Source: an uncultured Thermoanaerobaculia bacterium (GTDB lineage: Bacteria > Acidobacteriota > Thermoanaerobaculia > Thermoanaerobaculales > Sulfomarinibacteraceae). Taken from it: a DNA stretch of 64,000 nt. Of the stretch, positions 37,659-47,682 are shown one piece after another (position 1 is the first letter of the stretch; every line of letters begins with the position of its first letter). Location of the stretch: assembly GCA_964423595.1 (NCBI GenBank), contig CAYRFI010000010.1, positions 738 to 64,737 on the forward strand, read 5' to 3'. The position numbers and the translations under genes were made by a program. A model generated the notes under the pieces. The model was not told the origin of the DNA, did no database searches, and worked only from the letters and a program-made list of their open reading frames with translations.

Positions 37659-39158
37659 ATGAAAGAAAAGCGTCAAACGCGTGGTGTTTCAATTGCAGTG
37701 ATCGCGGTCGCCGCTGCTCTCGGCGGTATTCTTCTCGCCGGCGGACTTCATGTGACGCCGAAGGTTGCGGCCGAGCAGCCGCCTGCGGCGGCCGAAGTCA
37801 GTGGTCTGAGCCATCAGTTCGATTTCGCCTCACTCGCCGAGCGCGTCGTGCCGCCGGTGGTGTCGGTTTACTCAACCGACATTGTCCAGCCGGAAGAGTT
37901 GCGGCGTGAGATGCCGGCGAACCCGTTCGAGTTCTTTTTCGGTCCAGGCTTTGGTCAGCCCATGGGGCAGCAGCCGGATCAGCCGATGGTACGCCAGTCA
38001 GCCGGGTCCGGTTTCTTTATCACCAAGGACGGCGAGCTGTTGACCAACAACCATGTGGTCGAGGACGCCGACAAAATCGAGATCCAGCTCAACGATCGGA
38101 CAACCTACAATGTCGAGGTCGTGGGCCGAGATCCGGCGACCGACATCGCAGTCCTGCGGGTGGTCAAGCCCGATCGAGACTTTCCCATCCTTCCCCTCGG
38201 AGATTCCAAGGCTCTCAGGGTTGGCGAGTGGGTGATGGCGGTCGGCAATCCGTTGAATATGGATCACACGGTCACGGTCGGTGTGGTGTCCGCAACAGGG
38301 AGGGTCCTCGGGCTCGCTGACAACTCGTTCGAGAACTTCATCCAGACCGATGCGGCGATCAACTTCGGTAACTCCGGCGGTCCCCTCGTCAACACTCGCG
38401 GCGAGGTAATCGGGATCAACACCGCCATCAATGCCGGTGGTCAAAACCTCGGTTTCGCCGTACCGATCGACATCGCCAGGCGGATTCTTCCGCAGCTCCG
38501 CGAGAACGGAAAGGTGGTGCGCGGCTACCTCGGTGCTCAGATTCGGGACATCAGCCCAGACATCCAGAAAGCCTTCAACCTCTCGACGCGCGATGGCGCC
38601 TTTGTCGAGGAGGTGGAGGCCGGACATGCCGCCGACAAGGCAGGCCTCGAGCACGGTGATGCGATCGTCACGGTCGACGGTGAGCCTGTCATGAACCCGC
38701 GTGAGCTAATCGATACCGTATCCACCCGGCCTCCGGGGTCTACCCTCACAATGGGGGTGATTCGCGACGGCAAGAGCCGCAAGATCAAGGTCAAGCTCGA
38801 GGAGCGGCCCGGCGTCGATCAGTCGGCTGGGACCGGCGAGGAACCCTCCGGCGACAGCGCCTCGGCGCGAACCGGCATCACGGTGCGAGAACTCACGCCT
38901 CAGCTACGGCAGGCCTATGGTGTCGGAAGCGACGTCTCGGGCGTGGTCATCACGAGGATTGATCCAATGTCGGTCGCCGGCGAAGAGGGGTTGATGCCCG
39001 GTGACGTCATCACCGAGGCCAACGGAGCGTCGATTACGACCGCCGACGAGTACACCGACCAGGTCAAAGCAGTCGGCAAGGGCGGCTACCTTCGGCTCTA
39101 CGTGTATCGGCCGCGAGCCGATCAATCGTTTTTCGCCATTCTCGACCTCACGGAGTGA
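37659..39158 (+). CDS. htrA: HtrA/DegP-family periplasmic serine protease with two PDZ domains
   Basis: ATG at 37659 follows GGAGG. Signal/TM segment. Catalytic triad context TNNHVV, DIAVLRV, GNSGGPLVN. Two PDZ-like segments (GYLGAQI..., GITVRELT...). Confidence 0.95.
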   Translation: MKEKRQTRGVSIAVIAVAAALGGILLAGGLHVTPKVAAEQPPAAAEVSGLSHQFDFASLAERVVPPVVSVYSTDIVQPEELRREMPANPFEFFFGPGFGQPMGQQPDQPMVRQSAGSGFFITKDGELLTNNHVVEDADKIEIQLNDRTTYNVEVVGRDPATDIAVLRVVKPDRDFPILPLGDSKALRVGEWVMAVGNPLNMDHTVTVGVVSATGRVLGLADNSFENFIQTDAAINFGNSGGPLVNTRGEVIGINTAINAGGQNLGFAVPIDIARRILPQLRENGKVVRGYLGAQIRDISPDIQKAFNLSTRDGAFVEEVEAGHAADKAGLEHGDAIVTVDGEPVMNPRELIDTVSTRPPGSTLTMGVIRDGKSRKIKVKLEERPGVDQSAGTGEEPSGDSASARTGITVRELTPQLRQAYGVGSDVSGVVITRIDPMSVAGEEGLMPGDVITEANGASITTADEYTDQVKAVGKGGYLRLYVYRPRADQSFFAILDLTE

Positions 39159-39181
39159 GGACACGATTGTGTGTCGTTAAC

Positions 39182-39218
39182 GGGGGCGCGCCGGGCGGCG
39201 CGCCCCCTCCGTTTTGTC
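39182..39218 (+). terminator. Rho-independent terminator downstream of htrA
   Basis: Perfect 11-bp GC stem GGGGGCGCGCC / GGCGCGCCCCC with loop GGGC, followed by TCCGTTTTGTC. Confidence 0.85.
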
Positions 39219-39428
39219 GAGCCGAAGGGGGCGAATGTATCGCTTTCGATGCCGGGCTTTAAGTTGAGATGACGTTCGATAGTCATAGCGGGTGCCACTG
39301 ATCAGAACCTGACAATGTGCACGACCCTGGGAGTCCGGGTTGTGAGGTCGTGATCAGTATGACAATGCGAAACGTGACACGTTTGGCGCCGTATCGCGCA
39401 CTCGAAGCGGCGACAGCGACGCGCCGTG

Positions 39429-41720
39429 CTAGGACTCGGCCTCCTCTTGTTCGCGGGATTGCATGAGCACGCGCGCGACCGCGAGGACGAGCGGGACGAC
39501 GCCGAGCAGCAGGAACGTACCGTCAGCTGCGGCGCGAGCCCACTCGAGCTTGTGGAACGTGCCGCTCATCAGGAAGGTGAGCCGCCGGGCGTGCCAGTAG
39601 CCGTTTTGCAGAACGTCCCAAAGCTGCAGCACTCCCGCCGGAAACAAATCCAGCGCCACCATCGCCGCGAGCCCGGCGTTCAGCCCCCAGAAGCTGACCT
39701 TGATCAATCGTTCCACGCGCGCCCAGGTCTCGTCCGTTGCGAGCGAGCGCAGGCAGAAGATCACAACCGCCAGCGCCAACATCCCGAACACCCCGAACAG
39801 CGCTGCATGCCCATGGTTGCTCGTCAGGTTCGTGCCAATCTCGAAATAGGAAACGATCGGCAGGTTGATCAGAAAGCCGAAGACCCCGGCCCCGACGAAG
39901 TTCCAGAAGCCGACCGCCATCAGAAAGTAGATCGCCCAGCGGTGTTTTTCGGCAAACGTCTGCTGGCAGTCCTCGCACCGCCGGTCGCGAAGACGAATGA
40001 ACTGCCACGCGTCGAGGGTGAGGACGGTGAGCGGAACTACCTCGAGCGCCGAGAAACACGCGGCCAGGCCCATGTTGAGGGTTCCCTGGCCCGTGAAGTA
40101 CCAGTGGTGTCCGGTCCCAACGATTCCTCCGGCCAGGTAGAGGATGGCATCCAGGTAGATGACCCGCGTGGCCGTCCGGGACGTGACGAGCCCCAACACC
40201 ACGAACATCACGGCGACAAGCACAGTCGCGAACAGTTCGAAGAAGCCTTCCACCCACAGGTGAATGATCCAGAAGCGCCAGTTGTCGATGATGGCGTAGT
40301 TGGTGTGTGGACCGAAGAACAGTGCCGGGAGATAGAAGAGCGGGATCGCCGCCGCCGCGTAAAGAAAGAGGGAGGCCAGCTCCGTCCGCTGCCGGTCGCG
40401 AATGGCCGGGCGCAGCGCACGGTACATCAGGACCAGCCAACCGGCGAGCCCCGCTGCCAGAAGTAGTTGCCAGAAACGCCCGAGGTCCAGGTACTCCGAT
40501 CCCTGGTGGCCGAGCCAGAACCACAGTTCACCCAAGCGGTTGTTGATGCCCAGCCACTCGCCACCGAGGCTTCCGAAGACGACGACGGCGAGGGCGATGA
40601 GCAGCGCGAAGACACCGGTCCGCTGTCGTCGTGGTTCTGTACCCCCGACGATCGGCGCGAGGAAAAGACCGCCGGCCACCCAGGAGGTGGCAATCCAGAA
40701 GATGGCGAGCTGGAGGTGAAACGTCCGCAGCAGGTTGTAGGGAAGAAGCTGAGCGAGGTCGATGCCGTAGAAGGCGCCCGACTCGACTCGATAGTGGGCG
40801 AGGGCGCCGCCCGCCAGGGCTTGCAGCAGGAAGAGCAGCGCGACGACGCCGAAGTAGAGGCCGGTCGCCCTCTGACTCGGTGTGACCGTCCAGCCGGCGA
40901 ACGCGCTGTCGTGCTTATGTCCGGCCTTGGGTGAGCCATGCCAACCGAGGAAGTCGAAACGCCCGAACGCGAACAATACCGCACCCAGGCCGACCAGGAG
41001 GGTCACGAGGCTGAGCGCGCTCCAGAGGTAGGTGGAGGAACTCGGGCGGTTGCCGACGGCCGGCTCGTACGGCCAGTTGTTGGTATAGGAGTAATCCTTC
41101 CCCGGGCGGTTTGCGACGGTGGCCCAGGCCGCCCACGCGAAATATGAGGTGAGGTCCTCCAGCTCGCCGGAATCGCGGATGTAGTTCGCGGGCAGACCCG
41201 GCGCGCTGGATTCGCCTGCGAAATACGCGGCCCATTCGCCCTTCTGGATCTTCCAGGCGGCCATTTCACCGGCGGAAAACGCCAGTGAACCAGTGCTTGG
41301 ATCGTAGCGATTCTCTTTGAGTGATGCGCGGACGGCGGCGTCGACGGCCGTGGCCGCATCCTCATCGAGCCCCATGTACGGGCGCCCGTGGCGCTCGCGG
41401 GCCCACGTATCCCGCGCGATCTCGACCAGCCGGTGCAGGTACTCGGCGCTGAAGTCCGGGCCAAGGTACGCCCCGTGGCCCCAGAGAGTCCCATGCTCCA
41501 TCAGACCGTACTTGAAGAATATTTCCTGACCGTGCTCGATGTCCTCCTGAGTGAAGAGGGTCGCCCCCGAAGGCTCGGTCACGCGCGCAGGGATCGGCGG
41601 CGCATTTGTGTACGTCAGGACGGTGACGATCGTCAAGAGGGTGAAACCGAAGATCATTACGAGGAGGGTGGCGTGCCGCCACCACGGCGACAACCGCGCC
41701 TCTGCCAGATTGTTTGCCAT
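39429..41720 (-). CDS. norZ: quinol-dependent nitric-oxide reductase (qNOR, single-subunit NorB/NorZ type)
   Basis: 764 aa from ATG 41720. Haem-copper-oxidase-like core with HLWVEGFFE, GHHWYFTG and HGHAALFGVFG histidine motifs. The N-terminal fused domain has one TM and no CxxCH haem c motif, which is the qNOR architecture. Confidence 0.9.
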   Translation of the reverse strand: MANNLAEARLSPWWRHATLLVMIFGFTLLTIVTVLTYTNAPPIPARVTEPSGATLFTQEDIEHGQEIFFKYGLMEHGTLWGHGAYLGPDFSAEYLHRLVEIARDTWARERHGRPYMGLDEDAATAVDAAVRASLKENRYDPSTGSLAFSAGEMAAWKIQKGEWAAYFAGESSAPGLPANYIRDSGELEDLTSYFAWAAWATVANRPGKDYSYTNNWPYEPAVGNRPSSSTYLWSALSLVTLLVGLGAVLFAFGRFDFLGWHGSPKAGHKHDSAFAGWTVTPSQRATGLYFGVVALLFLLQALAGGALAHYRVESGAFYGIDLAQLLPYNLLRTFHLQLAIFWIATSWVAGGLFLAPIVGGTEPRRQRTGVFALLIALAVVVFGSLGGEWLGINNRLGELWFWLGHQGSEYLDLGRFWQLLLAAGLAGWLVLMYRALRPAIRDRQRTELASLFLYAAAAIPLFYLPALFFGPHTNYAIIDNWRFWIIHLWVEGFFELFATVLVAVMFVVLGLVTSRTATRVIYLDAILYLAGGIVGTGHHWYFTGQGTLNMGLAACFSALEVVPLTVLTLDAWQFIRLRDRRCEDCQQTFAEKHRWAIYFLMAVGFWNFVGAGVFGFLINLPIVSYFEIGTNLTSNHGHAALFGVFGMLALAVVIFCLRSLATDETWARVERLIKVSFWGLNAGLAAMVALDLFPAGVLQLWDVLQNGYWHARRLTFLMSGTFHKLEWARAAADGTFLLLGVVPLVLAVARVLMQSREQEEAES

Positions 41721-42168
41721 GCCTTTTCCCTTTCTCACCGCACGATAGGAGAAATCAGCACAGGGAATTCCCCGGCCGCCGGGCACTCGGGGTTGAAGTT
41801 TGGCGCGACCGCTGCGAAGGCAAGTGGTCTTGGCTCACCGCACGGCCTCGCTTTCATCCCCCTTTTGGGGGTGCCCGAACGAGCCGTGGAAGAAAACTGG
41901 TCGTCGCATCGAGCCCTGAACGGCGGCACCGACCGCCGCACGTCGAACGAGTGTTTCACGGCCGCTGTCCCTCTGTAAAGGTCGTTTACTACGGGTGATC
42001 TGCTCCCCGAATATTGGGAACTCTCATATCTCAAAACAGGCTGATTTTGACAAAGAACGCAAACGACTGAGGAAGGTTCGGCGGGGAGCCATGTTTCGCG
42101 TTGTTCCATGCATGCACCGTGCACGCGTGAGAGCCACGCGCCATACCGTGACGTCGTGAACGGGGGCA

Positions 42169-44265
42169 TTACTGGAAATCCCTGGGGATCGTGTCGGTCC
42201 AAGTCTTCTCCCTCACCAGCTCGCCGTTTTCTTCGAGCATGCGGGTGTAGCGGTAGTAAAAGTTTTCCAGGTCGCTGGTGAAGGAGAGGGTTGCCTCCCA
42301 CACCAGGACACGATCCGTCAGGGTGACCTCCATGCGGTGGTTACCGCGCACCTCGGTGTTCTCCGGGTGCGCGTCCGAGGTGCGGTGCTCGATGGTTTCG
42401 TGGTAGGTCTCGGTACCCCAGGGGTAGCGGGTGGCGCCGGCGTTGGTCGCGGTCACGGTGACCTCGCCGGTCTGAGGATTGCGATCCACGGAGGAGACCT
42501 CGCCATACCCCGAGCTGGTGCCCACATCCATACTCTCGAAGCCGGGCAGCTCGGGGCTTTCCGTGGGCGGCTGGAAATCCGGAGCCGTGGCCGGGCCTGG
42601 TGGCACCACCGGAAGGACTACGTGCGAGCCGTTTGCACCGCCTATGGAGAGGGATGTGGTCATGGCGTACGGCGTCGGCCAGAGCATTGGCCACTGGGCA
42701 TTGTTGACCGACAAACGGATGCGGTGTCCCTTGGGGAACACCCACGACGTGAAGTGCATTTCGATGTCCAGGGGGAAGACCTGTCCGGGTTCGATGTCCT
42801 TGGGCCGACGGGCCGAGAACCGGTGGGTACCGTTGAAGCCGGCGCCGGCGACCTGGGTGACGGTGCCGTCGGGTGCAACGTCGGAGAGGCGGGCGAACCA
42901 GTTGGCCCTGGTGGCGCTGGCGGATACCTGCAGGACGGCGCGGGGCAGCCCAAGGACCTCGGTGGCCTCGGCAAGGGGATCGCTGTCGTAGACCAGGCTG
43001 TAGGCATCGGTGCCGCGCTGGTCGTGGGCGACGTCCCCCCACCACATGACGGGACCGCCGGCCTCCACGCCGATGCTCGGCACGTAGCGCAGCTGGTGAA
43101 CGGTGTGCTCGGGCTGTGAAATGGACAGGGTGTGGTTGGGCTGCGGGTACATGACCCTTTTTTCGATGCGCTGTATGGGCCAGCCCTCCTCCCATCGCCA
43201 GGAGCCCGGCGCGGTCTCGAGATACGGGCCGGGGGGATGCCATTGGCGGACGTACACCGCAAAGCGGGGCTCATCCATGATACCGGTGTCGACGCCCTTC
43301 AGCCATTGATCGAACCAGCGCACCGCCTCGTGTCGCCACTCTATGCCCGGCTCGGGATACGGGTCGTGCGGCCAGGCGTGGGACCACGGACCGATCATGG
43401 CCTTGACCGGAGCCTGGAGGTTCTCCAGCATTCTGGGCAGGGTGTCCCGGTAGCCGTCGTACCAGCCGCCGATGAGGAAGGTGGGAATTCTGATCTCGTC
43501 GTAACGATTCCTCAACGAGGCCCGGTCCCAGAACGGGCCGTCCCGCTGCTGACGCTTGTAGGTCATCATCCAGGGCTGGGTGTCGAAACGGTCGCGGAAG
43601 TACGCCTCGTCGATGACGTAGTCCGGGGCCCCGGGCCGGGCGTTGTCGAGGTCCTGGCTCATCTCCCAGGAATCCACGTGCATGATGCCGTCCATATAAT
43701 GCACGTCGTCCTGGTACAGATCCTCGGTGGCGTCGACGGCGATGATGGCCTTCAGGGACGGGGGATTGAGGCCGGCCATCTGGATGGCGTTGAAGCCGCC
43801 CCACGAGATGCCGAACATTCCCACGTTGCCGTTGGACCACGGCTGCCTGGCCAGCCAATCGATGACCGCCATGCCGTCCTGGTGCTCCTGGTCGGAGTAC
43901 TCGTAGGGGATGAGTCGTCCCTCGCTGTTGCCGGTGCCGCGGATGTCGACCCGTGCGACGACGTAGCCGCGTTCGACGAAGTACGAGTACAGCGCGTAAT
44001 TGCGGGCCCGGGACTCGGTCTTGCGGTAGGGCAGGTACTCAAGGAGGACCGGAAACCTCCCCTCATCCCCATTTCTCGCCGGCACGTAGAGGTCAGCCGC
44101 CAGCCTCACGCCGTCCGGCATGCCGATCCACGCTTCCCTCATTTCCACTCGATTCTCGGGAGCCGAGGCCTCCTGGGCCGCACACAGGAGGTTGCTGCCT
44201 GTTGCGGCGATCAGCGAGGCTGTAAGGGCGACAGTCACAATCAGGCGGTATCGAAACAGGCCCAT
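42169..44265 (-). CDS. CocE/NonD-family hydrolase (S15 X-Pro dipeptidyl-peptidase-like), secreted
   Basis: ATG at 44265 gives the signal peptide MGLFRYRLIVTVALTASLIAATG. G-x-S-x-G-G nucleophile motif GISWGG. PVLLEYLPY and the RVDIRGTGNSEG family motif. Confidence 0.9.
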   Translation of the reverse strand: MGLFRYRLIVTVALTASLIAATGSNLLCAAQEASAPENRVEMREAWIGMPDGVRLAADLYVPARNGDEGRFPVLLEYLPYRKTESRARNYALYSYFVERGYVVARVDIRGTGNSEGRLIPYEYSDQEHQDGMAVIDWLARQPWSNGNVGMFGISWGGFNAIQMAGLNPPSLKAIIAVDATEDLYQDDVHYMDGIMHVDSWEMSQDLDNARPGAPDYVIDEAYFRDRFDTQPWMMTYKRQQRDGPFWDRASLRNRYDEIRIPTFLIGGWYDGYRDTLPRMLENLQAPVKAMIGPWSHAWPHDPYPEPGIEWRHEAVRWFDQWLKGVDTGIMDEPRFAVYVRQWHPPGPYLETAPGSWRWEEGWPIQRIEKRVMYPQPNHTLSISQPEHTVHQLRYVPSIGVEAGGPVMWWGDVAHDQRGTDAYSLVYDSDPLAEATEVLGLPRAVLQVSASATRANWFARLSDVAPDGTVTQVAGAGFNGTHRFSARRPKDIEPGQVFPLDIEMHFTSWVFPKGHRIRLSVNNAQWPMLWPTPYAMTTSLSIGGANGSHVVLPVVPPGPATAPDFQPPTESPELPGFESMDVGTSSGYGEVSSVDRNPQTGEVTVTATNAGATRYPWGTETYHETIEHRTSDAHPENTEVRGNHRMEVTLTDRVLVWEATLSFTSDLENFYYRYTRMLEENGELVREKTWTDTIPRDFQ

Positions 44266-44376
44266 GGTTCGTGTCTCCGTCGAAGGTCCCGACCTCGGTC
44301 CGAGATCAGCCGTTGTAGAAAGTCGGTGAAGTATGTGTTTGCAATACAGAGGATCCCTCCTCGAACCGTACATCAA

Positions 44377-45735
44377 TCAGCCCCGGGTGATGCGCGCCCA
44401 CACGTAGAAAACCGCACCCACCGCGGCGCCGCTCAGCAGAATGATCCACTCGTGGGGCCACACGAGTGCCGACGGGCTGCCGGGCAGGTAGAGCATGGCC
44501 ATGCCGAGGGCGAGGGCAAAGGCAGTGTATCCGATGAACGATCCATAGCGGACACGGTACGGCCTGGGCATCTCCGGTTCCCTGTGGCGCAGGACGATGA
44601 ACGACAGCGCCACCATGGCATAAGCGATCACGATCCCGAGGCCGCCCGCATCGACCAGCCAGACCAGGGTTTGGCGGCCGAAGAGCGGGGCGAACACGGC
44701 CAACACACCCACCAAAACGACGGCGTTCGCCGGCGTGTTGAATCGTGGGTGCAACCGCCCGAGAAAACGCGGCAGTGTGCCGAATTCGGCCAGGGCATAG
44801 ATCGCGCGACTGCCGCCGACCAGGAACGCGTTCCAGCTGGTAAGGATACCGGCGATCCCGGCAACCACCACGAGCTTGCCGATCAACGGACTGCCCCAGG
44901 CCGCGGTTCCGGCTTCGGCGGTCGCCAGGCTGGCGCCGCCAAGGGCGTTGCCGTCCAGTGACAGAGCCACACCCAGCACGATCAACACGTACCAGGCCAC
45001 GGCCATGATCACCGACATCACCAGCACGGCGCCGATCTCACGATACGGCAGGTCGATCTCCTCCGCGGCCTGGGGAATCACGTCGAACCCGACCAGGAGA
45101 AACGGCACCATCACGAGCACGGTCAGCATTCCCTTGATACCGCCGACCTCGAGCGGCTGCATGTTGACGACACTACCGTTGAACACGGCACCGCCGACCA
45201 CGACGACTCCGGCCAGAAGGATGACCAGGGTCACCGCCGTCTGCACCACGGCTGCCATCTTGATGCCGACCACGTTGACGGCTGTCATCACCAGGGACCC
45301 GACGACACCGACCAGCACCCAGCTGAGGTAGACGTCGTAACCGGCGACCGTCCAGAGATAGGTTTTCTTGAGACCGGGGAAGAGGTACTCCGTGACCGTC
45401 GGCAGGGCCACCACCTCAAAGGCCACGACGCTGACATAACCAAAGATGATCGCCCAGGTGCAGACGAATGAAGCTCCGGGGCCCAGGGCGCGCAGACTGT
45501 AGGCGTGCTCGCCACCCACCAGCGGCATCGCGGACGCGAGCTCCGCGTACGTCAGGCCGATGAAGGCGATCACGCCGCCGCCGATCAAGAAAGCCGAAAT
45601 GGCGCCGAGGCTGCCGGCCGATTCCAGCCAGGTACCGGCAAGCGCCACCCAGCTCCAGCCGATCATGGCGCCGAACGCCAGCGCCAGGACCTCTCGTCGC
45701 CTGAGAACGCGGATCAGGTGGCCCTGCTGCGTCAT
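44377..45735 (-). CDS. APC-superfamily amino-acid permease
   Basis: About 12 predicted TM helices and a typical APC N-terminus (LRRREVLALAFGAMIGWSW). Start uncertain (ATG 45735 vs GTG 45777). Confidence 0.9.
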   Translation of the reverse strand: MTQQGHLIRVLRRREVLALAFGAMIGWSWVALAGTWLESAGSLGAISAFLIGGGVIAFIGLTYAELASAMPLVGGEHAYSLRALGPGASFVCTWAIIFGYVSVVAFEVVALPTVTEYLFPGLKKTYLWTVAGYDVYLSWVLVGVVGSLVMTAVNVVGIKMAAVVQTAVTLVILLAGVVVVGGAVFNGSVVNMQPLEVGGIKGMLTVLVMVPFLLVGFDVIPQAAEEIDLPYREIGAVLVMSVIMAVAWYVLIVLGVALSLDGNALGGASLATAEAGTAAWGSPLIGKLVVVAGIAGILTSWNAFLVGGSRAIYALAEFGTLPRFLGRLHPRFNTPANAVVLVGVLAVFAPLFGRQTLVWLVDAGGLGIVIAYAMVALSFIVLRHREPEMPRPYRVRYGSFIGYTAFALALGMAMLYLPGSPSALVWPHEWIILLSGAAVGAVFYVWARITRG

Positions 45736-45785
45736 CGACTCAGTTCGGAGGTTGGGTTGCGGTCCCATCAACGTCACAAATCATC

Positions 45786-47060
45786 TCAGGCCTCCAGAAC
45801 CTCGGTCATCGCAGCCAGCACCGAGTCGAGCTCCTGGTCGCTGATAGTCAGTGGCGGTTGGATGCGGAGCACGTTGCCGTACACACCGCCGATACCGATC
45901 AAGACACCTCTGTCTCGCACCGCGGCCTTGATCCTCTTCGCATCCTCTACCGCCGGCGCCTTGCTCCGGGCATCCTCGACCATCTCGATGCCGATCATGA
46001 GGCCCCTGCCGCGGATCTCGCCGATGGTGACTCTTTTCGGTTTGATATCGCGGAGGGCCAGCATCAACCGTCCGCCCTTCTCGGACACCCGATCGGCCAG
46101 GTCGTTGTCCTCCATGAACCGAATGTTGGCCAGCGATGCGGCGCAGGAGACCGGATTGCCCCCGAACGTCGTCAGGTGGTCACCCGGCTGAAACGCATCT
46201 GCGATCTCTGCCCGTGCGATGAAAGCTCCAAGCGGAAAGCCGTTGGCGATGCCCTTGGCCATGGCCATGATGTCCGGCTCGACCCCATAGTGCTCGATGG
46301 CGAACATCTTTCCGGTGCGACAGAACCCGGACTGGACCTCGTCTGCAATCAACAACACGTCGTGCTCGTCGAGGACCTCTTTGGCCACCCTGAAGTAGTC
46401 GTCCGGCGGCACGATGAGGCCACCCTCGCCCAGGAGAGGCTCGGCTACGAAGAAGGCGACGTTGTCCGCGGTGTGAAATTTGATGACATCGTCGATCGCT
46501 TTGGCACAGGCCATGCCGCAGCTTTCGAGCTCGAGACAGAGCGGGCACCGATAGCAATAGGGCGCCGGCGCAAACGCGACCCCGGGCATGTACGGGCCGC
46601 CGCCCCGCTTCCTGGTCGCGTTGCCGGTCAGGCTCAGGGTCCCGTAGGTCCGTCCGTGGAACGAATGGGTGAGAGCGATGGCTTCGTTTTTCTTGCTGTA
46701 TCGCCTGGCCAACCGTGCCGAGCCCTCGATCGCCTCAGCTCCGCTGTTTGAGAAGAAGGTCTTCTGGAGATCACCAGGCGTGATCTGTGCCAGTTTCTCG
46801 GCGAGATCGGCCACCACCTCGACGTGATAGAGGTACGAGGAGCAGTGGACCAGACGCTCCATCTGCCGTCGCGCGGCCGCCAACACTTCTTCGTTGGCGT
46901 GGCCGGCGTTGACCACCGAAATGCCGGCGAAGCAATCGATGAAGCTGCTGCCGTCTTTTGCGAAGTAGGTGGCGCCCTCGGCGCGGTCGACCACCAGCGG
47001 GTCGACGGCCGACAAAAACGCGGTGTTGACGTACTTTTCGTATTTCTCCCTGGTGTCCAC
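45786..47060 (-). CDS. class III pyridoxal-phosphate aminotransferase (GABA/ornithine/omega-aminotransferase family)
   Basis: GTG start follows GAAGGAG. Motifs NSGAEAIE, LIADEVQSGFCRTGKMFA (PLP-lysine region) and TFGGNP. Confidence 0.9.
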   Translation of the reverse strand: MDTREKYEKYVNTAFLSAVDPLVVDRAEGATYFAKDGSSFIDCFAGISVVNAGHANEEVLAAARRQMERLVHCSSYLYHVEVVADLAEKLAQITPGDLQKTFFSNSGAEAIEGSARLARRYSKKNEAIALTHSFHGRTYGTLSLTGNATRKRGGGPYMPGVAFAPAPYCYRCPLCLELESCGMACAKAIDDVIKFHTADNVAFFVAEPLLGEGGLIVPPDDYFRVAKEVLDEHDVLLIADEVQSGFCRTGKMFAIEHYGVEPDIMAMAKGIANGFPLGAFIARAEIADAFQPGDHLTTFGGNPVSCAASLANIRFMEDNDLADRVSEKGGRLMLALRDIKPKRVTIGEIRGRGLMIGIEMVEDARSKAPAVEDAKRIKAAVRDRGVLIGIGGVYGNVLRIQPPLTISDQELDSVLAAMTEVLEA

Positions 47061-47220
47061 CTCGAGTTCTCCTTCGAGGCATATCTTAGCCCGCGCTTCT
47101 CACAAGGTGTCGATCGGGTACGCCGAATTGTCGCATTCCGCCGCCAGCGATGCCCGGCTATGGGAAACCAAGGATTGAGACATTCAAAACGAGTCGTACT
47201 CTGCGCTCTGGGACCGAGTG

Positions 47221-47682
47221 TCAATCCGGAGAAAACCCCCTTGCCGGCGTCAGTCGTCGGCGCAGCGCGGATCCCACCATCGCCATCGCGACCGCGAGAG
47301 CCGCATATGCGGTCACCAGTGCGCCCGCTGGAAAGGGTCGATCGACAAAGAACGCCACACCCATGATCAGGGCGGGAAGTATGGAGCCGATAGCGGTCAG
47401 CCACGCCCAGCGGCGATTGCGGCACGCGAGGCCGACGACAACACCACTGAGGGCGATGAGCGCCGGGAGGTGAAGGAGGGTCGAACGCCGGATCGAGCCG
47501 CTGAAGACGTCGATTCGCTCGTCGAGGGTCAGACCGTCCTCGGCGGCGGCGTGCGCGTCTGCACGGATCCGTATCGTTTCGGCGCCGTCGAGTTGGTTCA
47601 TCGCCACGGTCACGAGCAACGCCACGACTGCGGCGAGAAAGAGGTCGGGGACCACGGATCGGAGCCATTTCTTCATTGTCAT
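47221..47682 (-). CDS. hypothetical integral membrane protein
   Basis: 153-aa ORF with four hydrophobic helices and no recognised motif. The start is preceded by a GAGATATGCG repeat-terminus remnant. Confidence 0.5.
   Translation of the reverse strand: MTMKKWLRSVVPDLFLAAVVALLVTVAMNQLDGAETIRIRADAHAAAEDGLTLDERIDVFSGSIRRSTLLHLPALIALSGVVVGLACRNRRWAWLTAIGSILPALIMGVAFFVDRPFPAGALVTAYAALAVAMAMVGSALRRRLTPARGFSPD

Noticed and set aside
42040-42053. FNR/DNR-type box upstream of norZ (TTGTCAAAATCAG) and upstream of cytochrome c' (TTGAC-N9-ATCAA within 5894-5914).
   Set aside because: Half-site sequence and/or spacing do not match TTGAT-N4-ATCAA. I keep the cytochrome c' palindrome only as a generic operator candidate.
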